The notes under the pieces are model-generated. The model was not told where the DNA came from. It saw only the letters and a list, made by a program, of their open reading frames with translations, and searched no databases. From assembly GCA_963733675.1 (NCBI GenBank), contig CAVTET010000006.1, positions 199,961 to 263,960 of the forward strand: a stretch of DNA of 64,000 nucleotides. The letters run 5' to 3'. Both the position numbers and the translations under genes were made by a program. This DNA is from an uncultured Methanosarcinaceae archaeon. Its GTDB lineage: Archaea; Halobacteriota; Methanosarcinia; Methanosarcinales; Methanosarcinaceae. How positions within the stretch are numbered: the stretch's first letter is position 1; each line of letters opens with the position of its first letter. This document shows, piece by piece, positions 11,676-23,649 of the stretch.

Positions 11676-12211
11676 AATTTATAAATTATTCTTATTTCTG
11701 CTCAATTCTACCTCTTTAAATCCTTTTGAGATACGGAAAATCAAGGTTTAGATTGCAAAAGGGGCATATGGTGGCTTGTTTAGTCATATACTGGTATCTA
11801 AGACATCTTTTAAGGGAAAGTGAAAATTAGTGAACTACTGAATGTACTCTTCCAGGTCTGGAATTTGGCTATTTGTATTTTGTGGGTTAAAATAATTATT
11901 CAGTTGAAAAGTAATTACATCTTAAGAGAGACCTCGATTCTGAATTTGATTTTCATAGATAATAGTTTCCAAGTATTATATATGTAGATATATATTTCGA
12001 GAATGATTATGAATTACCTACTCGAAATAGCAAAGATTCTTAATGATTTGAGAAAAGATGCTCTGAGGAAATGCAGAAAATTTTTGGCTACACTCTGTTG
12101 TATAAAGCAAAGATAAAAATAAATTAAATCATAAAAAGAAGTATTTTCCTAAAATTATTAAATATATTTTCATATCATTGAGTGATTAAATTTATGTAAA
12201 GGTGTAATTCC

Positions 12212-13057
12212 GTGGTATCAGGAAAGAACTCCATTAAAATGACAGCAAAAAAAGGATTGGTTTTCCTCCTCCCTAAAATAGACAGTACCTTTGCGTTAGA
12301 ACCTGCAGTGCTCCGAATTGATGCTGATCCAATAATGCTTGTTGGAGATATTCATGGAGACTTGCAAGCTCTTAATTTCATAATAGGAATGAGAGAAGAA
12401 ATAAATTGCATAAACATTCTCTTTCTTGGTGACTATGTAGATAGAGGATTGCAGAGTACTGAGGTACTTTTAAAACTGTTCCAGTTAAAAATTGAGGATC
12501 CTAAACATGTTTTTCTTCTTAGAGGTAATCATGAAAGTGTAGAAATGAACTTTTACGATGGTTTTTATAAGGAAATAGGTTGTGATAAGGAGTTTCTCTT
12601 AAGGGTCAGCCAAACATATGATAAGATGCCGGTAGCTGCTGTACTTTCGGGCCACACTTTCTGTGTACATGGAGGGATTAACGGAACCGGAAGTATTAAT
12701 GCTATTAATAAGGAAGAATGTTTTCCCTATCTATGGAATGATCCCTCAGAAAATTTAGGCTTTACCCCTTCAAACAGAGGGCCTGCGGTAAAGGAATTTG
12801 GGGCTAACATTGTAGACGGTTTTTTAATGACAAATAATCTGAAAAGAATAGTAAGAGGGCACGAATTCTATGAAGAAGGATATAAATGGTGGTTCAACGG
12901 AAAATTACTCTCGATCTTTTCCTGCCCTAGATACGTGGGTCAAAAAAATGATGGTGCTTTTGTCTTATTTGAGAAAGGACAGCTAAAACTGTTTGTTTTC
13001 GGGATCAAAAGGAGTAAAGAGAAAATAACTCTTAAGGTTTGTTACGAAATAACTTAG
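12212..13057 (+). CDS. PPP-family Ser/Thr protein phosphatase (PP1-arch-like)
   Basis: GDIHG, LGDYVDRG, LRGNHE, CVHGGI, LWNDP, IVRGHE, SIFSCPRY. Confidence 0.92.
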   Translation: MVSGKNSIKMTAKKGLVFLLPKIDSTFALEPAVLRIDADPIMLVGDIHGDLQALNFIIGMREEINCINILFLGDYVDRGLQSTEVLLKLFQLKIEDPKHVFLLRGNHESVEMNFYDGFYKEIGCDKEFLLRVSQTYDKMPVAAVLSGHTFCVHGGINGTGSINAINKEECFPYLWNDPSENLGFTPSNRGPAVKEFGANIVDGFLMTNNLKRIVRGHEFYEEGYKWWFNGKLLSIFSCPRYVGQKNDGAFVLFEKGQLKLFVFGIKRSKEKITLKVCYEIT

Positions 13058-13362
13058 GTAACCCATAATTATTTTGGAATTTAATAGATTATACTGTTTG
13101 TTAAAACGGTTTTGTATTGTATAAAAATATACCTAAGTTGATTAGCGGGGGTTCTGATTAGTGTCTGTACACAAATTTTACCTAGATCTAAATTCTAAAC
13201 ATTAAGTTTGTGACACACTTTTGAACCGAAGCCCTAGCATTACAACTCAACGTTATTTTTGACGAATTATTAGTCAATATCTATAATTTATGGTATCTTC
13301 TAATTTTTTTCAATAAATAACATCTCTAAAAAGGAGAATAATACATGTGAGTAAACAAAGGT

Positions 13363-14216
13363 GGTTCCGTTGCAAAAAATCCTTTCTAATGATACAATAG
13401 AATAAAAAGAAAACCAAAGATAGTAACATGCTATCTAATTCCTTTAAATGGAAGCATTATGAAGGGGAAATTATCTTATTGAATGTAAGATGGTACTTAA
13501 AATATCCATTGAGCTATAGAAATTTAAAGGAAATGATGGCAGAAAGGGGAGTAAAAGTCGACAATACAACAATCATGAGATGGGTACATCAATATTCCCC
13601 TGAAATAGAAAAGAAGATAAGAAGACATTTAAGACCAGCAAATGATTCGTGGAGAGTTGATGAAACCTATATCAAAGTAAAAGGTAAATGGAAATATTTT
13701 TACCGAGCAGTTGACTCAAATGGAGATACAATTGATTTCATGTTAAGTGCAAAACGAGATAGAAAGGCAGCGAAGAGATTCTTTAAGAAAGCTTTAAGTT
13801 CTAATCATAATCAAATTCCAAGATTAATAACCGTTGATAAGAATCCAGCTTATCCACCTGCTATAGATAAACTAAAAATTGATAAAATACTACCTAAAAA
13901 CGTAGGCATTCGACAAATCAAGTATTTGAATAACATTATAGAACAAGATCATAGATCTATAAAGCGAATCGTTAATCCAATGTTAGGATTTCAGTTTTTT
14001 CGATCTGCTAATAAAACTTTAAAAAGAATTGAAGCTATGAATATGATCAAAAAAGGACAAGTAATCGATCTAAATTACTCTGTTCTTAATGAAGTCAAAT
14101 ACATTAATCAATTATTTGGTATAGTTTTATAATGTTAGTACATTTTTCTTGAATATTTTGATTTTATTCATTACTTATAAATTTACATATTTTGTTGAAG
14201 TTTTTGCAACGGAACC
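13363..14216 (+). mobile_element. IS6-family insertion sequence, copy 2 (transposase 13428-14132)
   Basis: Same 15-bp IRs; intact 234-aa transposase. Confidence 0.97.
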
Positions 14217-14464
14217 AATTTTCCCATCCTATTTAGCATTTTTATAATCGAATTACATGTTAACTATTTGTGATAAGAAAGTAAATAACTTTTTTATAAA
14301 CTTTTATGATAATCTGGGGATAAATTTCTACTATATCTAGTTTTGAGAGTACCATCTGCACCCAGGTAGCAGTCCTAAAAAGAAATTAGCATAGAACAAA
14401 AATCACTCAAATAAAAAAGTAGAAAAAATAGTTGATGATGAGGAATGCTCATCATATTATATTT

Positions 14465-14872
14465 TTAACGGTGTCCGTGTCCGTGTCCGTGTCCGTGTCC
14501 GCCACGTCCCCAGCCGCCGTAGCCGCCGTAGCCGCCCCAGCCGCCGTAGCCGCCCCAGCCGCCGTAGCCGCCCCAGCCAGGGTACCCACCGTAAAGACCC
14601 ATACCGTATGCAGGAACTGCTTCAACTCCACCTACGCCAACACCACATGCACCGTATCCAACGCCGCATGCTCCGAGGCCATAGCCACCGTAGAAAGGAT
14701 ATGCTCCGAGGCCATAGCCCCAGCCGCCGCCCCAGCCGCCCCAGCCGCCGCCCCAGCCGCCGCGACCACCATGGCCACCGCCGCGTGCACTAGCTGCAAC
14801 TGCTGTCAAAGATGTCACAAATAGAACTGCCAATAAAATGGCAAGTACCTTTTTCATTCCAAGTTTCAACAT
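14465..14872 (-). CDS. Secreted Gly/Tyr/Trp-rich low-complexity repeat protein
   Basis: Signal peptide MKKVLAILLAVLFVTSLTAVAASA, then GGWG and GGY repeats and a (GH)n tail; AGGAG RBS upstream; high-GC island. Confidence 0.8.
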   Translation of the reverse strand: MLKLGMKKVLAILLAVLFVTSLTAVAASARGGGHGGRGGWGGGWGGWGGGWGYGLGAYPFYGGYGLGACGVGYGACGVGVGGVEAVPAYGMGLYGGYPGWGGYGGWGGYGGWGGYGGYGGWGRGGHGHGHGHGHR

Positions 14873-15081
14873 TTGGTTTCACTCCTTTTATTTTTATTTG
14901 TTTTGAGGGGTTTGTTTTTAGCTCTTCAGAGGTCAGATGGTTGATAACCGTTTTATCAATATCAACAATTTCGATATTGCTTCTGACTAGCTCATTATTA
15001 CCCTTCTAAATTTTTTACACTTTAGAGGATTTCTATAAACCTCGATTTCCACGAGTTATCTATACTATATTATATTTATAG

Positions 15082-15381
15082 GCAGCTGGCAAAATTTAGG
15101 TGCTTATTGAAATCCTCTTTAAATTCAATACTTTAATGAATTAAATTTTTTATACTTACATCATGAACTACAAATACGTAGTATAGTTTCGGAGTTATTT
15201 TAATGTTTTCTCTCTAACATTATCAAAATTTGATTATTGATTACTATTTAGTTTATTGTCTCACGTCTAACATTTGTTCGCTTTAGAGAATTTATAAAGT
15301 CTTTAATTTTTACGAGTTTTCGATATGGGTTTATGTCAGCAACTGACAAATTTAGGTGTTTATTGAAATCCTCTTTAAATT
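15082..15381. repeat. Two copies of a ~45-bp motif (15082-15125 and 15339-15381) upstream of the Gly-rich gene
   Basis: caaaatttaggtgcttattgaaatcctctttaaatt vs caaatttaggtgtttattgaaatcctctttaaatt. Confidence 0.8.
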
Positions 15382-16442
15382 ACTAATACATCACAAACTG
15401 AATATATCTACTAACATCAGTGAAATGCAATATATACTTAACTTCTTAGTCATTTTTATTAATTGTACACAAAATTGTTTCTGAATAAAACTGACTTTCC
15501 AACAAAGTGTTTTAAAACCGAACAACAATTTAATATTAATTATGTATCTATTATTCCAGGAGTTATTTACAAATTTAGAATTGAGCTTTTCCTAAAAAAG
15601 CATTGAATATTACTTTATATCAAATTCTTGATTAAGTAGTGCCAATTAGCTGGTTGACATTTTCACCTTAGAATGCACTTTGCTCCAAATGAATTATTTT
15701 TCTAAGCTCAACTGCATGCAGAGAATCAATAACTACATCACGCAGAAAATTTAATGCTGAGAGAAAGAATATAAATTTTCTAGAAAAAATTAACATTTTA
15801 TTAATTAACTATACTTTTTTGAAATTGTGCCTTAACCCGAATTAGACAGAATCAGAACTGATATTAATGCATAAATTGTCTTTATGCTTCTATTTACTTC
15901 CTACTTACTTTCCACAGATGTACACAAGCATACCATCCACTTTTTTCAATCTGAAAGTAGCTTAATAATTAATCGAATTTTCAATGAATAATGCTCAGAT
16001 GATTTCTGGTTATGAATTTAGAGTTGATTTATGAATTTAGAGTTGATATTGCGTTATTGCTTAAAATGCCGGATTTAGTGATCCTTTAAATCCCTTAAAC
16101 ATTCTAATTGATATTTCAACGTCTCATTTACGTTCAGCTGATTTTGATATAATAATGTTAATAATTAATATCTAATAGGCTATCTTAAACTTCAAACAAT
16201 TGTTACAATTGGATAATGTGTAACGCCAACTTCAAATAGATTGTAAATTGTTCCGAAATTCAGGTACGCATTGACCTTATAGGACAGTACTTTATTCCAA
16301 GAGATTATGCGCGAGAGGTAAAAATCAAGTCCAATAATCATCACGGTTTAAATTTACTAAACATTTAACAGTTTAATAATACCTTTTTTTAAGTTCAAAT
16401 ATATAAGTTCCATCTCAATTGCAGAATCAAAATTGCGCTTGT

Positions 16443-17031
16443 GCACCCCACTGCAAGCAACTGGGTATGTTCACACCAGCGCTCCTGGTATAGTTTTTTT
16501 CACTAAAAATCGATTATTTTCATTTGCTCATATGCTTACTTTTCTTCCTGATTCTGAACATATTTTTTTATAATATCGGAAGTAGTTCCGTCTCCGACTG
16601 TACCAATGTATCCTCCCTCACTCCATAGTTCTCCAGCCCAAAGCTGTTTTTTAATTTCAGGGTATTCTTTGAAGATTTTTCTGGCTGTTATGCTTTTAAT
16701 AATCTGCATTACTCTTGAAGGAGAATACTTTGGCTCAGCCTCAACAAAAAATATATATGCTCAACATTGCAGCCGATTGCATAAAATTCAAAAGAGTATC
16801 TTTAACCAATCTCAGAGCATACGTGTTTTAAAAAGTGCACTGTGCAATAATTTAAAAGATCTTTATAGTATTTCTACGAAAAGCCATGTGATATCTAATT
16901 TTATAGACACAATAGTTTGCATGTCTTGATTCCATCTACAGCAAAAAGTGATTAAGGATATAAATCAGTTCTTTAACAAAAGTTACCTTGGAAGTTTCCA
17001 TCCCCGTAACAAGCTGCTGGGCATTCGAATG
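16443..17031 (-). mobile_element. IS200-type element with pseudogenised tnpA and both terminal hairpins
   Basis: Minus-strand translation EPKYSPSRVMQIIKSITARKIFKEYPEIKKQLWAGELWSEGGYIGTVG; hairpins at 16443-16483 and 16999-17031. Confidence 0.85.
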
Positions 17032-17149
17032 AGAATGAAATTTAATTTTAAGACAGGCTTTGGAAAATGGATTCACACCAAAAGATTTGACAGCTCCATC
17101 AAGTCACAAATACTAAGTACAAGTTATTCAAATAGAAAATTGGAGATTA

Positions 17150-17748
17150 TTGGAATTGGTTTTGTTTATACTTATCCTTGTTTTTTTGCTGGTGGCATTC
17201 GCAGCTATTCACAGTCTTATGACAAGTCTGTTCTTCAAACGTTGTGTCACTGAAATCTTGGGTTCCAGGGCAAAATTGTTGTATATACCAGTATTCAACC
17301 TCATAGCATTGCTAACTATATTGCTGCTTGCATACCTGCTCTACAAAAACCCAGGACCGTTTCTCTACATAATACCTTTACCCTGGTGCTGGCTAATGAT
17401 CGGTGGACAATTTATTGCTGCTACCATGCTCCTAGAGCTTTGCTGGATGCACCCAATAGATTCAAGATCGCTTTATCTGCACCAAATACTCCTGAAACAA
17501 GTTCCCTAAATATTCGAGGTATTTACCGATGGGTAAGAGATCCCTTTCTGCTATCAGGACTGATCATAATTTGGCTCACTCCCTTTATGACCATCAATCT
17601 GTTTGTCATATACCTTTTGGCCACTATATACTTCTATATAGGGTCTCTTCACTGGGAAAGGAGACTTGTATCACAGTTTGGTGATGAATACCTGGAGTAC
17701 CAAAAACGGGTTCACAGGATAATTCCACAATTTTTGGGCCATCGTTAG
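17150..17748 (+). pseudogene. Frameshifted isoprenylcysteine carboxylmethyltransferase/PEMT-family membrane protein
   Basis: Two overlapping ORFs; the C-terminal one has GIYRWVRDP...ERRLVSQFGDEYLEYQKRV. Confidence 0.7.
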
Positions 17749-18146
17749 GAAAACATAGATACAGTTATTTTCTAGTATGGGATATACGGTATGATTAATA
17801 GAGACGGTATAAATGACAATCTAGAATTTCTGGACAATCAAAACCATATAAATAACTATCCTTTACACTCAAGCAAACAGAACACTCGAATTTTTGTATT
17901 TTTTTGAATATATCATTTAGTCTATTCTAAAACCTAACTATGGCAGTTTGTATTTTTTTGGTAAAATTTTCCTAATTTTTTCAACTTTTTTTCAGAAAAG
18001 TAATTTGATAGTTTAAATTAATTTACTCGAATTCTGAAGATTTACTTCGAAAAGGAGAAATATTTAGCGAATGATCAATTTATATTTCGAAAATGTTTAA
18101 TTTATATTTAGCGAATGATTAATTTATATGTAAAGGGGGTTTGTGA

Positions 18147-18557
18147 CTGACACAAAACAAAATTGAGACGTCTGAAGAAGAATGGAAAAAGGTTCTGACT
18201 CTTGAACAGTATAATGTGTTGAGGCAAAGAGGCACAGAAAGGCCTTTTTCCGGTAAATTATATTATAAGAAGGAAAAAGGGATTTATACATGTGCTGCCT
18301 GTGGCCAAGAGCTCTTTTCCTCCGATGACAAATTTGAGTCAGGGACCGGCTGGCCAAGTTTTTATGAAGTGATTTCCAGTGGTAATGTTCAGCTTTTGAA
18401 GGACAACAGTCATTCCATAGACAGGATTGAGGTAGTCTGCTCCAGCTGTGGAAGCCATCTTGGACATGTTTTTGAAGACAGCACCACCTCAACAAGACAA
18501 CGTTATTGTATCAACTCTCTTTCTCTTGACTTTAAGAAAAAAGGAGAAAAGAAGTAG
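18147..18557 (+). CDS. msrB: Peptide methionine-(R)-sulfoxide reductase MsrB, possibly eroding
   Basis: EEEWKKVLT.EQYNVLR..GTERPF, CAAC, SGTGWPSF, CSSC, HLGHVF, RYCINS; frame open back to a CTG at 18147 that follows AAGGGGGT. Confidence 0.85.
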   Translation: MTQNKIETSEEEWKKVLTLEQYNVLRQRGTERPFSGKLYYKKEKGIYTCAACGQELFSSDDKFESGTGWPSFYEVISSGNVQLLKDNSHSIDRIEVVCSSCGSHLGHVFEDSTTSTRQRYCINSLSLDFKKKGEKK

Positions 18558-19351
18558 ACAAGTGAAAAATCCACTTTCTGCAAATGCACGCAAGAATGCG
18601 ATCTATTTTCTCAATATGACAGTAGCTTAAATATTAATCTTACTTTGAATGAATAATAATAGGCAAATGGACTAATAAATTGTGTATCTGTGCGCATTTG
18701 TATTGTAGCTTGCAGTTTAATAGTTTAGCTAGAGTGAATATTGTCATGTGAATAAAATCTCAAACCTCGACTATATTTGTTACACGCTCTACTAGTATAG
18801 AAGAATATAATCATAGAGTACGTTCACTGAAAACATTATAGAAACGAGTACTCTTGAAGGATAGAGATCTTGGAAAAAGACTTATTTGCTTTCTAAGGAT
18901 CACCTTGAACTTCATGTTAATGGATCCAAATTCTCTGAACTTCTAGTACAATCTTCAAACAAATAAATTTTGAAGATAGTCACCGTTTATTAGTTTTTTC
19001 CCTTCATTCGGAGCTACAAGCAGGAAGCATGAATATATCAAAAAGTTTGTAATGGTTCATCCTAATCAAAAAATATCAAGACCCATCTTTTCTCAATTCA
19101 ATAGTAAATTTATATTAAGCGATTTTTTTAATAATATCCCATGTATCATTTATGGATACGATCTAGAAAATAATTTATGGATACGCTCTAGAGAATATGC
19201 AATCATAAGAGACTCAATTAAGTATTAACTTTGTAAAAGACGAGAACAACTAATATATATTAATCTATCTATCATTATTTTTGTATATTAAAAGCAAAAT
19301 TTGAATCGGGGTATACAATTGGATCAAAAAGGACCAGTAAAAATAACATTA

Positions 19352-19620
19352 AATGGAATGATTCGCTGGATATTTGGATTGACGCTTTATAGTAATCGCT
19401 TTAGGAATGATTATATTACATGAATATTTATCAGCAGTATTCATGTTGATGGTAGTTTTTGTTGCGTTTCCGCCTATTTCAAACTTGATCGAATCTGAGT
19501 TGAATATTTCAGTATCAGGAACAGTGCGATTTTTGTTGGCAATAATCCCTTGAGTAGGATCGTTCACTGTAGAACCTAATTGTTCATCTTCGGTGATAAC
19601 TAACGCCCATATTTTGTTAG
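19352..19620 (+). pseudogene. Decayed small membrane-protein gene
   Basis: Plus-strand hydrophobic frame FIVIALGMIILHEYLSAVFMLMVVFVAFPPISNLIESELNISVSGTVRFLL with flanking stops. Confidence 0.4.
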
Positions 19621-19901
19621 GATTTCATAGCATTACTTAGATGACAATGTTAATCATTGAGACTGGAAATGGTATACCTCCATCTCATTACATCGAAATG
19701 AGTATCAATTAACTTTTTTGTAGGCTGAGAGCTACAAAAATTTCTGAAATAAAATTGAATTGACTATTCTAATGTGAAGTTCTATTTCTCAAATGTTTTT
19801 CCAAGAAACCTTTTATACAAACAGATTTGAAGCTAAAGACTTCGGTTCTTTGATCATTAAATAAGCTCCTAATATCGGGCTCATCTCTCCAATCCCTCTT
19901 C

Positions 19902-21185
19902 TTACCAACAAAGCCCTTCATAATCGATACTTTTTGCTTTAATTACCCTTCTTCCATCAATTACAATTTTGTTTTTCATTACTTCAAACTCTGAATCCAA
20001 TTTCTTAAATTCTTCCCACTCGGTTATAACGAGGCAGGCATCTGTACCTTCTAAAGCTTCTTTTGCGCTTTTATGATATCTAACTGTTGGAAAGACTCTT
20101 CTCATATTTTCAGCAGCGAGCGGGTCGTATGCAGATACTTTAGCTCCGAGTCTCAGGAGTTCGGTTATCAATGGAATAGCCCTTGATTCTCGGATATCAT
20201 CGGTATCATTCTTAAAAGCAAGGCCTAAAACTGCGATTTTTTTGTCTTTAAATTCCCCGATTTTTTTTTGAAGGAGTTCAGCCATCATTAGTGGCTGATT
20301 TTCGTTAACTGCAAGCACAGATTCAAGAATGGTAGGTGAATACCCGATTTCTTTTGCTTTGCTTATTAGAGCCCGAATATCTTTTGGAAAGCAAGAACCT
20401 CCGAATCCGGCACCTGAATTTAGAAACAAAGGAGAAATACGGCTGTCTTTACCCACGGCTTTCATGACATCATAGGTATCAATTCCCATTTTCTTGCAGA
20501 TATTTCCAATTTCGTTTGAAAGAGAAATTTTGGTTGCCAAAAAGGAATTATTTGCATATTTGATCATTTCAGCAGTCTTTAGGTTGGTACGGGTTATTTC
20601 GCATTCAAAATTCAGGTACAGTTCCGAGACAAGATCTCCAGAACTTGCATCAATTGATCCGACTACTATTTTGTCCGGGTGCATAAAATCATAGATAGCT
20701 TTTCCTTCCCGCAAGAACTCAGGATTCATCGCAATCCCAAAATCTTTGCCTGCAACTTTTCCTGATTTCTCTTCCAGAATAGGCAGAACAAATTTTTCGG
20801 TAGTCTCTGGAATCACCGTACTTTTAACTACTACCACATGGTAACCATTCTTTTTTGCAAGGGCAGAGCCAATGCTTTCGACCGCTGACCGTACTATTGA
20901 GAGGTTTATGCTTCCACCTACCTCAGAAGGGGTTCCAACGCAAATGAAAGAGATATCGGTGTTAAAAACTGCGAATTCATTGTCTGTGGTTGCAATTAAT
21001 CTTTTCCCTACATATTTCTTAAGCAGTTTTTCCAGACCTTCCTCATAGATCGATGGAATTCCAGCATTGATCTGCTGCACTTTTTTTTCATCTATATCCA
21101 CACAAATAACTTCATGTCCAACATCAGCAAAACATATAGCTGTAACCGCTCCAACATATCCAGAGCCTATAATAGAAATTTTCAT
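19902..21185 (-). CDS. ugd: UDP-glucose/GDP-mannose 6-dehydrogenase
   Basis: GSGYVG, ICVGTP, VVKSTV, NPEFLREG, GFGGSCFPKD, LGLAFK.DTDDIRES. Confidence 0.93.
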   Translation of the reverse strand: MKISIIGSGYVGAVTAICFADVGHEVICVDIDEKKVQQINAGIPSIYEEGLEKLLKKYVGKRLIATTDNEFAVFNTDISFICVGTPSEVGGSINLSIVRSAVESIGSALAKKNGYHVVVVKSTVIPETTEKFVLPILEEKSGKVAGKDFGIAMNPEFLREGKAIYDFMHPDKIVVGSIDASSGDLVSELYLNFECEITRTNLKTAEMIKYANNSFLATKISLSNEIGNICKKMGIDTYDVMKAVGKDSRISPLFLNSGAGFGGSCFPKDIRALISKAKEIGYSPTILESVLAVNENQPLMMAELLQKKIGEFKDKKIAVLGLAFKNDTDDIRESRAIPLITELLRLGAKVSAYDPLAAENMRRVFPTVRYHKSAKEALEGTDACLVITEWEEFKKLDSEFEVMKNKIVIDGRRVIKAKSIDYEGLCW

Positions 21186-21634
21186 TTAGATACCTTTTTA
21201 AAGAAGATATAAAGTATGTTTATGAACTATATTCGTAGGTGCATATAATTTTAGCTTCACCGCATTTACAGAATTCCAATGGGATGATCCATTCCACGAG
21301 ATTTCCATATTGGTAATATAGATATTTCCTATTATCATATACCGACCAGATTTCAAGCAGATAGAGCGAAAATTTCACCCTTTCCTGTACTTATATTGGG
21401 ACATTTTGTAGGAATGTTTTTTTTGCGATATGTCATTTTATCTTGAAGGTAGATAGTTTCAAAGAAACCATCTAAGCATTAGTAAGGTACCAAAACAATG
21501 ATCATAGAAGCGAGAAAAAAGCCAAAAGAATGTAAACTTTAGCTTAGATGTGTAGAAAAATTTAGGAAAACATCATAATATTTAAAGAATGACCCAGGTT
21601 ACTAGAACCTCGGGCAATCTTTTAGAGAAATGGA

Positions 21635-21904
21635 CTAAGAAAGTATTTTATCTAATTCCATTGCCAATACATTACCCTGGGTCACTCCCATAAAACGCTT
21701 TACTTCAACCTCATCTTTCTGGATTATCAATGTAGGAACAGCATGTATGCCATATTTTGAGGCAAGTTGCTGGTTTTCATCCACATCGATAACTCTGAAT
21801 TCAACCTTATCCTTGTACTTTTTCTCGAGCTCTTCAAGAATAGGTTTTTGCATCCTACAAGGTCCACACCAAGTTGCGGAAAAGTCCATTAAGATCGGTT
21901 TCAT
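21635..21904 (-). CDS. trxA: Thioredoxin
   Basis: DFSATWCGPC active site, AVPT motif; GGTGA RBS. Confidence 0.93.
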   Translation of the reverse strand: MKPILMDFSATWCGPCRMQKPILEELEKKYKDKVEFRVIDVDENQQLASKYGIHAVPTLIIQKDEVEVKRFMGVTQGNVLAMELDKILS

Positions 21905-22219
21905 AAAATCACCTTTAGTACTTTAAAATGTTTGAGCTATTCTCTGTTCTCATTCGATATACTCCGGAAAGCATACTATGGGTCAATAATTGTCTGACGA
22001 CAAAGCTACCGGAATCCAGACATGAATGATAGACGACCTGGAAATGAAAGAACCAAATACAGGTCACGATTCAATTTATTGTATGTATTATCTTCGAGTA
22101 TATATAATGCTTATCTCAATCTTATGGACTTGTTTCAGTCGAATACCCAGCAGTGAGATGAGGGATATTTGACTGGAATAAACTTCAGTACTTGAAAATA
22201 GGCAACTAAAGTACTTCAA

Positions 22220-22450
22220 TAACTTGCTCAGATGCTCAGTAAAATTTCATCCATTTTTTACGAATTTTACAAAAAAGTAAGGTTGGATATTGATTTTTTT
22301 CAATCACAGTATTTATCACAAGTTCAAGTATAATATAGAAATGAAAATATCTCCATTTGAAATTGCTCTGAAAAACATATAATCAGCTTATTTTTAAATG
22401 GAAAGAAAATAAAATGATACTATGCCTTATATGTCTATTTGGTTTTGTCT
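22220..22450 (+). repeat. ~235-bp degenerate dispersed repeat, copy A (copy B at 25325-25557)
   Basis: Colinear blocks gctcagat.ctcagtaaaat, ccatttg.aattgc.ctga, taatcagctt.ttttt..atggaaaga.aataaaa. Confidence 0.75.
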
Positions 22451-22484
22451 CCCGAGCTAAACTACGCTGAATTTTTTGCATTTA

Positions 22485-23356
22485 GAGACTAATCCGAAAA
22501 GTCCTGCTGATCTTAATGTTATCAATGCGCACTCTAAATGTAGCATAGCAAGGTAATTTTCAATTTTCTTTTCCCATCTTATAAGGAGTCTTCTGAATCT
22601 ATTCAGCCAAGAATGGGTCCTTTCTACAACCCATCTTCTTGCCCTAAAACCAGGTATGTCTCTTCCTATGTTTTCTTCTCCACGACTTTTGATATGCGCA
22701 GTATAACCATATTCTTCAACCAATTTTCTGATATCGGTGAAATCATAACCCTTATCCATGCATATATTCTGAATTATGTTTTCTGGAGAAGGTCTTTCAA
22801 AGAATATGGCGTCTAAAGTCCTTTTTACAAGCTTTTTATCGTGACGATTGGCTCCATCCACGACAACAGAAAGTGGTATGCCTTTACCATCAGTTAAAAC
22901 AATCCTTTTTGTACCTTTTTGCCACGATCAGTAGGATTAACTCCTGTTCCAGCTCCATCTAATGATGCTTTTGTCATAGCACCATCAATCGATTGTCATT
23001 CCCATTCTAATCCTTTTTCGAAATTATACTCAACAAGACCAGCCAGCCACATGCTCTCAAATAACCCTGATAGTTGCCATTCCTGAAATCGATTATGTAC
23101 AGTGCTTGGAGCTCCATAAAATCGTGGCAATGCTTTCCATTGTCAACCAGTAAAAAGGAGATAGAAAATGCCACTCATTATTTTCCTATCACCCTTTCTA
23201 GGTCTTCCAGACTTCTTTTTTGGCTTAGGTACAGGTAGTAAAGGTTCTATTTTTTTCCAATAATCTTCAGAAAGTTAGTAGTCCTGAACAATTTTCCGTT
23301 TTGTCATTACCACATATGATCTTAAATTGAAAGTAGATTATTTTTCGGATAGGCTC
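22485..23356 (-). mobile_element. IS5-family (IS427/IS1031-like) element with stops and frameshifts
   Basis: IRs GAGACTAATCCGAAAA / TTTTCGGATAGGCTC, TTA target duplication; DKGYD and RRWVVERTHSWLNRFRRL motifs. Confidence 0.88.
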
Positions 23357-23649
23357 TTAGTCGTATATTAAAGAGCATAGAGCAATCACTACATTTGAAA
23401 TTCAAAATAAATTTCTTAAGTTGTCCCATAAAATCGATTCAAATTCATGAAAGAGAAATTTATTCTTGTCAATGTTTTGTAGACCTGTTTGTCTCTTTGC
23501 AAAAAAGCTCTCTTGAAATATGACCCAGAAAATTTGAATTAAAAACTATATTACCGTATAAAGGGAGCAAATCTGTTGTCTTTGTTTCCTGACATTCTAG
23601 TTGGAATATATTGCATATTCGGTAAGAAGATTCGATTGAAATCTTCAGA

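Noticed and set aside
14470-14770. Short GC-rich repeats as a possible CRISPR array
   Set aside because: Codon-phase tandem repeats with no unique spacers; no cas genes in the window
14432-14824. Plus-strand Ala/Pro-rich and Arg/His-rich ORFs
   Set aside because: Antisense shadows of the Gly-rich gene, which has the signal peptide and RBS
15900-15940. ~40-bp inverted match to 38100-38140
   Set aside because: Real but short; most likely another decayed IS fragment that I cannot assign
16606-17253. Plus-strand ORFs 16606-16929 and 16948-17253
   Set aside because: Antisense to or overlapping the IS200 tnpA remnant and its end; no recognisable product
19349-19567. 72-aa minus-strand ORF
   Set aside because: Antisense to a decayed plus-strand hydrophobic frame
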